From Pikeienuella sp. (GTDB lineage Bacteria > Pseudomonadota > Alphaproteobacteria > Rhodobacterales > Rhodobacteraceae): a DNA stretch of 64,000 bases. Numbering within the stretch: position 1 is the stretch's first letter; every line of letters starts with the position of its first letter. This document shows positions 46,145-55,108 of this stretch, one piece after another. The translations under genes and the position numbers were made by a program. Location of the stretch: positions 109,766 through 173,765 of the forward strand of contig NZ_JBKAGV010000005.1 in the NCBI RefSeq assembly GCF_046290545.1. The letters are read 5' to 3'. A model generated the notes under the pieces. That model had not been told where the DNA came from. It made no database searches and worked only from the letters and a program-made list of their open reading frames with translations.

Positions 46145-47128
46145 TCACTGAGCCGAGGCGGACGCCGGTTCGCGCCGCCCCGGTTCGTCGCGAATGTCCG
46201 CGACCGCTTCGAACAACTGGCTGACGAACTGGATCAGCATGGTGACGGCGAAAATGCCGAGAAAGGCGGCCATCTGGTACTTGATGTACATCCCGGATGT
46301 TCCGGTCTGCGAGATCTCGAAGCTGGAGATCGGGCTGTTGATGACCGATGTCTTGCTCGCGAAACCGATGGCGATGATCACCCAGCAACTCGTGATCCCG
46401 AAGCAGATCGCGCCGATCGCGTTGGCGCGGCCCTTGGCGCGCTGGGAGAAGCCGGCGTAGAGAACGTCGACCCGCACATGCCCTTCCTCGAGCAGCGTAT
46501 AGGCGGAGGCGAAGAGAAAGAGGGCGGCGTACCAGTAGCGCACGAGGTCGCCCATCAACGCCTGCTCGTACGAGAAGATGAAGCGGGAGAAGACGATTCC
46601 GAGTTCGGCCACCACGATCAGAAGCGTGAGCCAGGTGAAGCCGAGCGTGCGCGTGAAGAGCCCGAAGACGAAGCCCAGAGCGATCAGCGGGGCATGGAAG
46701 GTCGGCGCGAGGAAGCGCGACTGCCCGTAGAGGATGGCCGTTTCGGCATCCATGAAGTTGGTTAGGAAGCCTTCAGCGCGGACGAACGCGATGGCGGCGT
46801 CTACGACCCCGACGAAGAACACCGCCCAGAAGAGCGAGCGGATCAGATAGGCGTTGAAGGCGGTGATGCGCGCAGCGTCCCGCCGCAGCGGGGTCGATCC
46901 GCTCGAAAGCACCCAGAACGCCGCCAGCGCGAGGCCGACCAGGTAAAGCGCCGCCATCGCGACGCCGCCCCCCGACAGAATCGCCCGGGCGCCCTGAAAG
47001 TCGAGCCAGACGACGCAGACGTTCTCTATCAGATATGCGGCGAGAATGGCGAGCATGCCCCAGCCGAAGAGCCGGAGCACGGGGGCTGGCGCCCCGCCTT
47101 TCGCCATGGCGGCGCTCATGTCTGTCAT
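46145..47128 (-). CDS. TRAP transporter small permease (DctQ-like, extended N-terminus)
   Basis: SRFIFSYE, LFLFASAYTLLEEGHVRVDVLY and QFVSQ. Confidence 0.82.
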   Translation of the reverse strand: MTDMSAAMAKGGAPAPVLRLFGWGMLAILAAYLIENVCVVWLDFQGARAILSGGGVAMAALYLVGLALAAFWVLSSGSTPLRRDAARITAFNAYLIRSLFWAVFFVGVVDAAIAFVRAEGFLTNFMDAETAILYGQSRFLAPTFHAPLIALGFVFGLFTRTLGFTWLTLLIVVAELGIVFSRFIFSYEQALMGDLVRYWYAALFLFASAYTLLEEGHVRVDVLYAGFSQRAKGRANAIGAICFGITSCWVIIAIGFASKTSVINSPISSFEISQTGTSGMYIKYQMAAFLGIFAVTMLIQFVSQLFEAVADIRDEPGRREPASASAQ

Positions 47129-47193
47129 GCGGAAACCCTCGCCTGTCCGTTCCGCCGCGGGGTTCGATGGCCGCCGGCGCAAGAGTCACAGGA

Positions 47194-47255
47194 AGGGCGG
47201 GGCCGAAGCCCCGCCCTGAACCGCCCCTCCGGCGCCGAAGCGCCGGGCGGGGCGG
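47194..47255 (-). terminator. Two tandem GC stems with cUUCGg tetraloops after dctP (terminator or mRNA stabiliser)
   Basis: Stems 47194-47203/47208-47217 and 47229-47235/47240-47246, each looping TTCG on the minus strand. Confidence 0.7.
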
Positions 47256-47258
47256 GGA

Positions 47259-48338
47259 TCAGAGGCCCAGAACGCGGTTGCGCTGGCGGACGAAGGTTCC
47301 TTCGAACTTGTCCATGAAGCCGCCGACCTGACGGAGCGTCGCCTGGAAGCTGTCGTCGATCTTCGCGGCGAGCGGGGAATGCGCCCGCGTCTCCTCGAAG
47401 ACCTCCGCGGCGGCGTCGCCGAACGCGTCCCAGACGTCGTCATTGAAGGCGGCAACCTGGACGCCGTGATCGGTGATCAGGCGGTCGAGATAGATGCCGT
47501 TGTTCGCCATGTTCTCCTCATGGGAGTCGGCCTGCTCCTTGTGGCAGGCGGCGCGGATCACGGCCTTCTCCCAGTCCGTGAGCGTGCCGTACCACGAGGC
47601 GTTCATGCCGAAGGCGATGCCGCCGCCCGGCTCGTGCATGCCGCCGGTGTAGTAGATCTTGGCGGCTTCGTAGAACTTCATGAAGTAGTCGTTGTAGGGG
47701 CCGACCCACTCGGTCGCCTCGATCGCGCCGGAGACGAGGTTCTCGTAGATCTGGCCGCCGGGGAGCGACACCGTCGAGGCGCCGAGCTTCGCCATCACCT
47801 GGCCGCCGAGGCCGGGGATGCGCATCTTCAGGCCCTTCAGGTCCTCCGCGGAGTTGATCTCCTTGTTGAACCAGCCGCCGGCCTGCGTGCCGGTGGAGCC
47901 GCACATCTCGGACTTGATCCCGAACTCGCCGGAAAGCTCGTCCCACAGCGCCTGGCCGCCGGCGAACTTGATCCACGCGTTCCATTCCGGCGTCGTCATG
48001 CCGAACGGAACGGCCGTGAAATAGGCGTAGCCCGGGTGCTTGCCCGTCCAGTAGTAGTCCGCGCCGATATAGGCCTGGCTGTTGCCGGCCGCGACCTCGT
48101 CGAGCACGTCGAAGGCGCCGACACGCTCGCCCGCCGCGAAGTACTCCGACTGCAGGCGGCCTTCGGACAGCTCGGTGATGCTGGCGGCGAGGCGCTGCGC
48201 CGAGATGCCGAGGCCCGGGAAGTCCCGCGGCCATGTCGAAACGATGGTGATCGTCTTGTTGGCCTGCGCGATGGCGGGGGCGGCGAGGGCGCCGGCGCCC
48301 GCGAGCGCCGCGCCTTTGAGGAATAGGCGTCGTTCCAT
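47259..48338 (-). CDS. TRAP substrate-binding protein (TakP/SmoM subfamily), Tat signal, paralogue A
   Basis: MERRLFLKGAA, WPRDFPG, YYWTGK, QAGGWF, KMRIPGLGG, EATEW and HEPG. Confidence 0.92.
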   Translation of the reverse strand: MERRLFLKGAALAGAGALAAPAIAQANKTITIVSTWPRDFPGLGISAQRLAASITELSEGRLQSEYFAAGERVGAFDVLDEVAAGNSQAYIGADYYWTGKHPGYAYFTAVPFGMTTPEWNAWIKFAGGQALWDELSGEFGIKSEMCGSTGTQAGGWFNKEINSAEDLKGLKMRIPGLGGQVMAKLGASTVSLPGGQIYENLVSGAIEATEWVGPYNDYFMKFYEAAKIYYTGGMHEPGGGIAFGMNASWYGTLTDWEKAVIRAACHKEQADSHEENMANNGIYLDRLITDHGVQVAAFNDDVWDAFGDAAAEVFEETRAHSPLAAKIDDSFQATLRQVGGFMDKFEGTFVRQRNRVLGL

Positions 48339-48641
48339 GGTTATCTCCCTGCTTTTGCGCCGTTGGACCCGGCGCAATCCGTGCATGTGACGTAGAACAA
48401 ACCTGTCATGTTGCCAAGCGGATTAGGTTCGCCGGTCACGCTGTGGGACGCCTCCGGGCCCGTGTCAGTCATGGCGCAACAGGGTGATGCGGCAAGCCGC
48501 ACACGGCGTCGACGCCACGTTTCCGCCATGCCTTCAGGTTCTGGCGTCCATGCCCCGGACGCGCTTGAAAAAAATAGCTTCTTCACGTCTCCTGCCGGAA
48601 CTCGTCGCCGGAACAAGGCGCACAGACAAGGGAATGGAAAC

Positions 48642-49724
48642 ATGGAACGTCGCACTTTTATCACCGGCGCCGCGCTCGCGGGCGCCGGCGCCCTGGCCGC
48701 TCCGGCCGTCGCGCAGCAGCGCAAGACGATGACGGTCGTCTCCTCCTATCCGAGGGACTTTCCGGGCATCGGCACCTCGGTGCAGCGGCTGATGCAGCGA
48801 ATCGTCGAAATCTCCGACGGACAGATCCAGACGGAGTACTTCGCCGCAGGCGAGCGCGTGGGCGCCTTCGACGTGCTCGACGAGGTCGCCTCGGGGAACA
48901 GCCAAGCCTATGTCTCCAGCGACTATTATTTCGCCGGGAAGCATCCCGCCTACAACTACTTCTCGACCGTGCCCTTCGGGATGACGGCGCCGGAGATGAA
49001 CGCCTGGATCAAGTTCGGCGGCGGGCAGGAGCTCTGGGACGAGATCGCCGGCGGCTTCGGGGTCAAGTGCATCCTTTGCAGCAACACCGGCACCCAGGCC
49101 GGCGGCTGGTTCAACAAGGAAATCAACTCGCCTGAGGATCTGAAGGGCCTCAAGATGCGCATCCCCGGCCTTGGCGGCGTGGTGATGGCGAAGCTCGGCG
49201 CCTCGACCGTCGCGCTTCCCGGCGCGCAGATCTACGAGAACCTGGTCTCGGGCTCCATCGAGGCGACGGAATGGATCGGGCCCTATAACGACTACTTCAT
49301 GAAGTTCTACGAGGCCGCGAAGTTCTACTACACCGGCGGGATGCACGAGCCGGGGACTGCGGCCGGGCTGGGAATGAACGCCTCCTGGTACGGCTCGCTC
49401 TCAAACTGGGAGAAGCACGTCATCCGCGCGGCCTGCCTCGAAGAGAACGGCAACGCCTATGACGAGCTCTCGGCGCTCAACGGGGCCTACCTGAAACGCA
49501 TGATCGAGGAGAACGGCGTGCAGGTCCGCGCCTTCAACGACGATCTCTGGGACGCGTTCGGAGACGCCGCCGCGGAAGCCTACGCCGAGGTGCGGGCGCA
49601 TTCCGATCTCGCCGTGCGGATCGACGACAGCTACCAGTCCTTCCTCCGCACGGTCGGCGCCTCCGCCTCCCAGTTCGAGGGCACGTTCCTGAGGCAACGC
49701 AACCGGGTTCTCGGGATCGCCTGA
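48642..49724 (+). CDS. TRAP substrate-binding protein (TakP/SmoM subfamily), Tat signal, paralogue B
   Basis: MERRTFITGAA, YPRDFPG, YYFAGK, QAGGWF, KMRIPGLGG, EATEW and HEPG. Confidence 0.92.
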   Translation: MERRTFITGAALAGAGALAAPAVAQQRKTMTVVSSYPRDFPGIGTSVQRLMQRIVEISDGQIQTEYFAAGERVGAFDVLDEVASGNSQAYVSSDYYFAGKHPAYNYFSTVPFGMTAPEMNAWIKFGGGQELWDEIAGGFGVKCILCSNTGTQAGGWFNKEINSPEDLKGLKMRIPGLGGVVMAKLGASTVALPGAQIYENLVSGSIEATEWIGPYNDYFMKFYEAAKFYYTGGMHEPGTAAGLGMNASWYGSLSNWEKHVIRAACLEENGNAYDELSALNGAYLKRMIEENGVQVRAFNDDLWDAFGDAAAEAYAEVRAHSDLAVRIDDSYQSFLRTVGASASQFEGTFLRQRNRVLGIA

Positions 49725-49734
49725 GGCGGCATCG

Positions 49735-49761
49735 GGGGCGGCGCCGTTCGCGCCGCCCCTT
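49735..49761 (+). terminator. Hairpin terminator after paralogue B
   Basis: GGGGCGGCGC-cgttc-GCGCCGCCCC-TT. Confidence 0.6.
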
Positions 49762-49854
49762 CCGACCGTCCTGTGAGATTGGTCGCATTGCGGGAAACGC
49801 GGCTTTGCGGCCGCGGCGGCGTGCGTCTATCCTTCCGTCGGGAGGTTTTCGGAA

Positions 49855-52347
49855 ATGCCGCAGGGCGAAGTCACGGCCGCATACGACACTCAGCCGGCCT
49901 GCGCCTGCGCGCTCTGCGCCGCCGCCTCGCCTGTCGGCGAGCAGACCGCGCGCGCGACCTCCGCCCCGGTGGACGGCACGGTCTTCGACGCGGACCAGGC
50001 GGTCGACGGCCTTCTTTCCGGGGTGAAATGGGCGACGACCTCGCTCACCTTCAGCTTCCCCGATTCCGCCTCCGACTACGCCTATCGCGGCTATCTCAAT
50101 GTCCGCGACACGTTCGCCCCGGCGACGGAGGGGCTCGCCTCCGCCGCGCGGGCCGGTTTCGCCTTCTTCGCCGAGGTCAGCGGGCTCGAATTCACCGAAC
50201 TGACGGGCGCCGCGGACGCCGAGGCCGACCTGATGATCGGCCGCTCCGCCGCGCCCGGCACGGCCTTCGCCTATTTCCCCTTCTCGGGCGACGAGGGCGG
50301 CGACGCCTGGTTCAACCGGACCGACTTCAACGATCCGGTCTCCGGCAGTTACGCCTGGGCCACGGTGCTGCACGAGATCGGCCATGCGCTCGGCCTGAAG
50401 CACGGGCACGAGACGGGCGGCGCCGGCGCCGTGCCCTATGCGTTCGACAGCCATGAGTTCACGCTCATGACCTATCGCTCCTATGTCGGGTCGCCGGGGA
50501 GCGCCTATACGAACGGGTCCGCGAGCGGGCCGCAGACCCCGATGATGCTCGACATCGCGGCGGTCCAGCGGCTCTACGGCGCGAATTTCGAGCATCGGTC
50601 GGGGGATGACGTCTACGCCTTCACGCCCGGATCGGGGCGCATGGCGGTCAACGGCGTTCTTCAGGAGGAGACGCGGGGCAATGTCGTCTTCCGGACGATC
50701 TGGGACGGGGGCGGGGAGGATCTCTACGATTTCTCCGCCTTCGAGCGCGGGCTCGCGATCGACCTCGCGCCCGGCGGCTTCGTCGATCTGGACCCGGACG
50801 GAACGGCGCAGCGCGCCTGGCTCGGAGGCGGCGTCCATGCGCGCGGGCATGTCTTCAACGCGCTCGAATTCGAGGGGGACGCGCGCTCCCTGATCGAGCA
50901 CGCGACAGGCGGCGGCGGGGCGGATCTCATCCTCGGCAACCGCGCGGGCAACCGGCTGGAGGGACTGGGCGGGGACGATTCGCTCGACGGCCTCGCGGGC
51001 TCGGATACGCTTGCCGGCGGTGCGGGGGCCGACCTTTTCCGGTTCGATCTCGGTTATTCTGCTTTTGGCGACGTGGACCTGATCCTCGATCTCGACTTCG
51101 GCGAGGGGGACAGGATCGAACTTCTCGGCCTGCCCGAGGAGGTTGTCGCCGGCTCCTTCTTCTTCGGGGCGGGCGGCGGGGCGACGATTTCGAGCCTGGA
51201 GGACCTGCGGGCGCTTTCCGGCGCCGGGGGCTTCACCCTCGCGGAGGCGGAAGCGGGGGCGGCGGCGCTCGTTCTCTCGGCGGAGGCGCTGAGCCAGACG
51301 ATCATACTCGGCGCCATCGCCTTCTCCGATCTCTTCGCCGACCCGGCGGAGCCGGCGGCCGCAGACGCGGCCGACTCCGATACGACGACCGTCAACGCGC
51401 CCATGGCGGAGCTGGAGACGCCAAGCCCCGCAGCGCCGGAGCCCGAGCCGCCCGCCGAGCTGATCCCGGTCGATCCGCTGGAAGAACCCGTCGCGGAGGA
51501 GCCGGAGCCGCCCGCGGAACCCGTCCCGGTCGATCCGCTGGAAGACCCTCTGACGCAAGACCCGGAACCGCCGGTCGAGCCCAGGTTGAAGGACCCTGAG
51601 GACGAGCCGCGGGCGTCGGACCGGGAGCCGACGCAGGAAGATACGGCGGACGAGTCTCGCGCGGAGCCGGAGCCCGTTCCTCCGCCTCCGCTTCCCCCGG
51701 CCCCGAATCCGGTCGAACCGGCGCTTGTCGATTCCGACCTCTCGGTCCCGGTCGATATCGGCCGCGACGCGCCGCCGCCCGTGCGTATCCGCGGAGCCGC
51801 ATCGGACGAGACCCTGACGGGCGGCGCCGGCGACGAAATCATCGCCGGGCGGGGCGGAGACGACAGGGTGCGCGCGCGGGGCGGCGACGATACGGTGAAA
51901 GGGCAGGCCGGAGCGGACACGCTGAACGGGGGCGGGGGCGACGACATTCTGAAGGGCGGCGCCGCCTCCGACCGGCTCTTCGGAGCCGCGGGCGGCGACC
52001 GGCTCGTCGGCCAGCGCGGAGATGACGCGCTGCGCGGCGGCGGCGGAGACGATGCGATCCGCGGCGGCGCGGGGGCGGACAGCCTCTGGGGCCAGGCCGG
52101 CGACGACGAGCTGACCGGCGGCGCCGGCGGGGACCGGTTCTTCTTCCGCCCCGGCGCCGGCGACGACATCATCACGGATTTCACGCAGGGCGCGGACCGG
52201 ATCGTCATCGCCGGCCCCGGCGCCGCCTTCGGGGCGCTCCTGATCGAGGAGGGCGCGGAGGGCGCCGTCATCCGCTTCGCGGACTATTCCGTCACGCTCG
52301 CGGGCATGGAGGCCGCAGCGCTTTCGGCGCAGGATTTCCTGTTCTGA
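49855..52347 (+). CDS. M10 (serralysin-like) metalloprotease with RTX Ca-binding repeats and Pro/Glu-rich linker
   Basis: HEIGHALGLKH zinc motif, Met-turn TLMTY, PMMLDIAAVQRLYG, IWDGGGED, and two blocks of GGxGxD repeats. Confidence 0.92.
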   Translation: MPQGEVTAAYDTQPACACALCAAASPVGEQTARATSAPVDGTVFDADQAVDGLLSGVKWATTSLTFSFPDSASDYAYRGYLNVRDTFAPATEGLASAARAGFAFFAEVSGLEFTELTGAADAEADLMIGRSAAPGTAFAYFPFSGDEGGDAWFNRTDFNDPVSGSYAWATVLHEIGHALGLKHGHETGGAGAVPYAFDSHEFTLMTYRSYVGSPGSAYTNGSASGPQTPMMLDIAAVQRLYGANFEHRSGDDVYAFTPGSGRMAVNGVLQEETRGNVVFRTIWDGGGEDLYDFSAFERGLAIDLAPGGFVDLDPDGTAQRAWLGGGVHARGHVFNALEFEGDARSLIEHATGGGGADLILGNRAGNRLEGLGGDDSLDGLAGSDTLAGGAGADLFRFDLGYSAFGDVDLILDLDFGEGDRIELLGLPEEVVAGSFFFGAGGGATISSLEDLRALSGAGGFTLAEAEAGAAALVLSAEALSQTIILGAIAFSDLFADPAEPAAADAADSDTTTVNAPMAELETPSPAAPEPEPPAELIPVDPLEEPVAEEPEPPAEPVPVDPLEDPLTQDPEPPVEPRLKDPEDEPRASDREPTQEDTADESRAEPEPVPPPPLPPAPNPVEPALVDSDLSVPVDIGRDAPPPVRIRGAASDETLTGGAGDEIIAGRGGDDRVRARGGDDTVKGQAGADTLNGGGGDDILKGGAASDRLFGAAGGDRLVGQRGDDALRGGGGDDAIRGGAGADSLWGQAGDDELTGGAGGDRFFFRPGAGDDIITDFTQGADRIVIAGPGAAFGALLIEEGAEGAVIRFADYSVTLAGMEAAALSAQDFLF
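51434..51575. repeat. 60-bp tandem coding repeat (about 2.3 copies; EPEPPAExxPVDPLExP)
   Basis: CCCGGTCGATCCGCTGGAAGA at 51465 and 51525, exactly 60 nt apart. Confidence 0.85.
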
Positions 52348-52353
52348 GGCGCC

Positions 52354-53139
52354 TCAGTCCGGCGAGACGGGGGTCGGGTCCGGTTTCTGCAGCTCTTCGA
52401 CGGGGAGCTGTTCCGGCGCGTCCGTCACCCGCCAGGCGCCGCCCCGGAAATACTCGAACGGCGTGAACTTCGCCTTGTAGTCCATCTTCCGGGAGCCGGG
52501 GACCCAATAGCCGAGATAGAGATACGGCAGGCCCGCCTGCCGCGCGATGGCCACATGGTCGAGGATCATGTGGACGCCGAGGCTGCGCGAGGCCAGATCG
52601 GGCCGGAAGAAGCTGTAGACCATCGACAGACCGTCCGCCATCACGTCGGTCAGGCAGGCCGCGATGAGGCCGCCGGCCTCCGCATCGTGATACTCGATCA
52701 CGCGCGTCCGCACCGTCGTCTCCTCGATCATCGCGGCGAATTCGCAGATGTCCATCTCCGCCATGCCGCCATCGGCGTGGCGCGAGCCGAGATAGGCGCG
52801 GAAGAGCTCATATTGCTCCTCCGTCGCCCAGGGCGCGCAGGTCCGTCGCTCGACCGTCCTGTTGGCCTTCAGGACGCGGCGCTGGGAGCGGCTCGGCTCG
52901 AACGAGGCGACCGGGATCCGAACGGAAAGGCAGGCGCCGCATTCCGAACAGGCAGGCCGATAGGCGACGGACTGGCTGCGCCGGAAGCCGCGCAGCGAGA
53001 GCGTGTCGTTCATCCGCCGCGCATCGGCACCGCGCAGCGTCGTGAACAGCTTCCGCTCCTGCCGCCCGGGAAGGTAGGGGCAGGGCTGGTTCGCCGTCAG
53101 GAAGAACTGCGCGGTGATGTTCTGGTTCAGATGGGTCAT
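52354..53139 (-). CDS. ate: Arginyl/leucyl-tRNA-protein transferase (ATE1-like, Bpt)
   Basis: [53 protein letters not shown] and KMDYKA. Confidence 0.9.
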   Translation of the reverse strand: MTHLNQNITAQFFLTANQPCPYLPGRQERKLFTTLRGADARRMNDTLSLRGFRRSQSVAYRPACSECGACLSVRIPVASFEPSRSQRRVLKANRTVERRTCAPWATEEQYELFRAYLGSRHADGGMAEMDICEFAAMIEETTVRTRVIEYHDAEAGGLIAACLTDVMADGLSMVYSFFRPDLASRSLGVHMILDHVAIARQAGLPYLYLGYWVPGSRKMDYKAKFTPFEYFRGGAWRVTDAPEQLPVEELQKPDPTPVSPD

Positions 53140-53198
53140 TCAGGCTTCGGACGGGCGGTGACGCGGCGCGAGAAAGGTATCAACGCTTCAAGCCCCTG

Positions 53199-53669
53199 TC
53201 ACGCCGGAGAATTGATCATGGTTGAGCCAAATGGAAGGTCATGCAGGCCCCGGCCCATGGCGGAGCCGGCCATCAGGATCGCGGAGACGAGCAGGAGCGG
53301 CGCGAAGGCGACGACGACATAGAAGAGAAGGGTGTGCCCGATCGCGTGCGGCAGGTCGAACCTCTCGCCGTCCCGCCGCCTGAGTTCGATCGCCGTGAAG
53401 CGCATGCCCCAGGTCGCGGAGCGGTTCGCGAGGGTGGAGACCCGATAGATCAGATCCGCCGCCGCGACGACGAAGCCGAGCAGAAGAAAGCCGAGGCCGA
53501 GCGTCAGAAGGCCGACGAGCAGCGCGAGGCCCCAGACGAAGACGAGATCGAGAATGAAGGCGAAGAGCCGGCGCGCCGGGACGCCCGCATAGAAGCGGCG
53601 CTCCGTCTCCGGATCGGGGAGCCCGCCCCGCCCTTCCAGCCAGCCCGCCACGCCTTCGTTCATCGCCAT
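53199..53669 (-). CDS. RDD family protein
   Basis: VPARRLFAFILD, ATWGMRF and RGLHD. Confidence 0.88.
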   Translation of the reverse strand: MAMNEGVAGWLEGRGGLPDPETERRFYAGVPARRLFAFILDLVFVWGLALLVGLLTLGLGFLLLGFVVAAADLIYRVSTLANRSATWGMRFTAIELRRRDGERFDLPHAIGHTLLFYVVVAFAPLLLVSAILMAGSAMGRGLHDLPFGSTMINSPA

Positions 53670-53726
53670 GCGTTCTTCCCTTCGCCTCTCACCGGGCACA
53701 TGGCCCCGGCGGCGGGGCGGCGCAAG

Positions 53727-54590
53727 TCAGGGCGTTGCGAGCGGGATCGCGCCGGCGGCGCCGCAGATCGCGGGGTCGGGCGGGCGCGCCGCGTCCTCCG
53801 TCCGTCCGGAATAGGGAATGGCGGCGAGGACGGCGCGGATCGCGGCGATGCGCGCGCGGCGCTTGTCGTCCGCCCGGATCACCGTCCAGGGCGCGACGCC
53901 GCTGTCGGTGCGGCGGAACATCTCCTCGATCGCGGCGGAATAGTCCGGCCAGCGGTCGAGCGACTGATAGTCAATGGGGGAGAGCTTCCACTGGCGGAGC
54001 GGATCCTCCTCCCGCGCGAGGAAGCGGGAGAGCTGCTCGGCGCGGCCCACGGTCAGCCAGAACTTGAAGAGGCGGATGCCGTCATTCACCAGCATGTCCT
54101 CGAATTCCGGGGCCTGGTGGAAGAAGATCTCGCGCTCCGCATCGGTGGAAAATCCGAAGACGCGCTCGACCACGGCGCGGTTGTACCAGCTGCGATCAAA
54201 GAACACGATCTCGCCGGGGCCGGGCAGGTGCTGGATGTAGCGCTGGAAATACCATTGCCCGCGCTCCGTGTCTGACGGTTTTGCGAGCGCGACGATGCGC
54301 GCGCCGCGGGGGTTGAGATTCATCGTGAAGCGGCGAATTGCGCCGCCCTTGCCCGCCGCGTCCCGCCCCTCGAAGACGAGAGCGACGCGCTCGCCCGTCG
54401 CCTTGATCCAGGACTGCAGCTTGACGAGCTCGATCTGGAGCGCTTCGAGCTCGCGGTCATAGGCCTTCTTCTTCATCCGGTCCGGGTGGGGATAGCCGGC
54501 GTCGAGGAACTCGTTGGACTTTGCGAGCTGAATGGCCTTGCGGATGGATTTCGGGGCCCGCTTCTCGAAATAATCCCTGATCTCGCCCAT
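53727..54590 (-). CDS. ppk2: Polyphosphate kinase 2 (class I)
   Basis: FEGRDAAGKGG, QWYFQRY, FFDRSWYNRA, WKLSPID and DDKRRAR. Confidence 0.95.
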   Translation of the reverse strand: MGEIRDYFEKRAPKSIRKAIQLAKSNEFLDAGYPHPDRMKKKAYDRELEALQIELVKLQSWIKATGERVALVFEGRDAAGKGGAIRRFTMNLNPRGARIVALAKPSDTERGQWYFQRYIQHLPGPGEIVFFDRSWYNRAVVERVFGFSTDAEREIFFHQAPEFEDMLVNDGIRLFKFWLTVGRAEQLSRFLAREEDPLRQWKLSPIDYQSLDRWPDYSAAIEEMFRRTDSGVAPWTVIRADDKRRARIAAIRAVLAAIPYSGRTEDAARPPDPAICGAAGAIPLATP

Positions 54591-54713
54591 CGGCCCGCAT
54601 CTCCTCGCAATGTCCGGTGGAAGAATGCCGCCGGCGGACGCGCCCGTAAAGGCTCGGGCCCGCCCCGCGGCGGCGGCGCCCGGCCTCTTCCGCCGCTGCG
54701 GGACGAATCATTT

Positions 54714-54737
54714 ACATAACCGGAAATATGGTTATGT
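54714..54737. promoter_or_regulatory. Inverted-repeat operator upstream of arsR (ACATAACC-N8-GGTTATGT)
   Basis: Perfect 8-bp arms ending 7 nt before the ATG. Confidence 0.75.
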
Positions 54738-54744
54738 TGGCTGC

Positions 54745-55062
54745 ATGACGGAGATCGCCCATCACGCTCGCGCGCTCGCCGCCCTCGGCCACGAGGCGCG
54801 CCTCTCGATCTTCCGCCTCCTCGTGAGGGCGGGGGAGGAGGGGCTGAGGGTCGGCGATATCGGCGCGCATCTCGGCCTCGCGCCCTCCACGCTGGCGCAT
54901 CATCTCTCCACGCTCGTCGATGCGGGGCTGGTGCTGCAGGAGCGGCGGGGGCGGGAAGTGTTCAACAGCGTCGACTTCCCGGCCATGCGCCGGGTGCTCG
55001 GCTTTCTCACGTCGGAATGCTGTTCCGGCGTCGTGGTCACGCCGGCGGAGAGCGCCGCGTGA
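54745..55062 (+). CDS. arsR: ArsR/SmtB repressor with C-terminal vicinal Cys (ECC)
   Basis: ALGHEARLSIFRLLVRAG..G...G.I, STLAHHL..L..AGLV and FLTSECC, an Acidithiobacillus ArsR-type pattern. Confidence 0.82.
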   Translation: MTEIAHHARALAALGHEARLSIFRLLVRAGEEGLRVGDIGAHLGLAPSTLAHHLSTLVDAGLVLQERRGREVFNSVDFPAMRRVLGFLTSECCSGVVVTPAESAA

Positions 55063-55108
55063 AGGTTTCTTGTCGCCCTGAAACAACCGGAATTCCGGAG
55101 ATTTGGAC

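Noticed and set aside
48339-48641. Sigma-54 promoter between the TRAP SBP paralogues
   Set aside because: TGGCGC/TGGCAA hexamers are present but there is no correctly spaced TTGC -12 element on either strand
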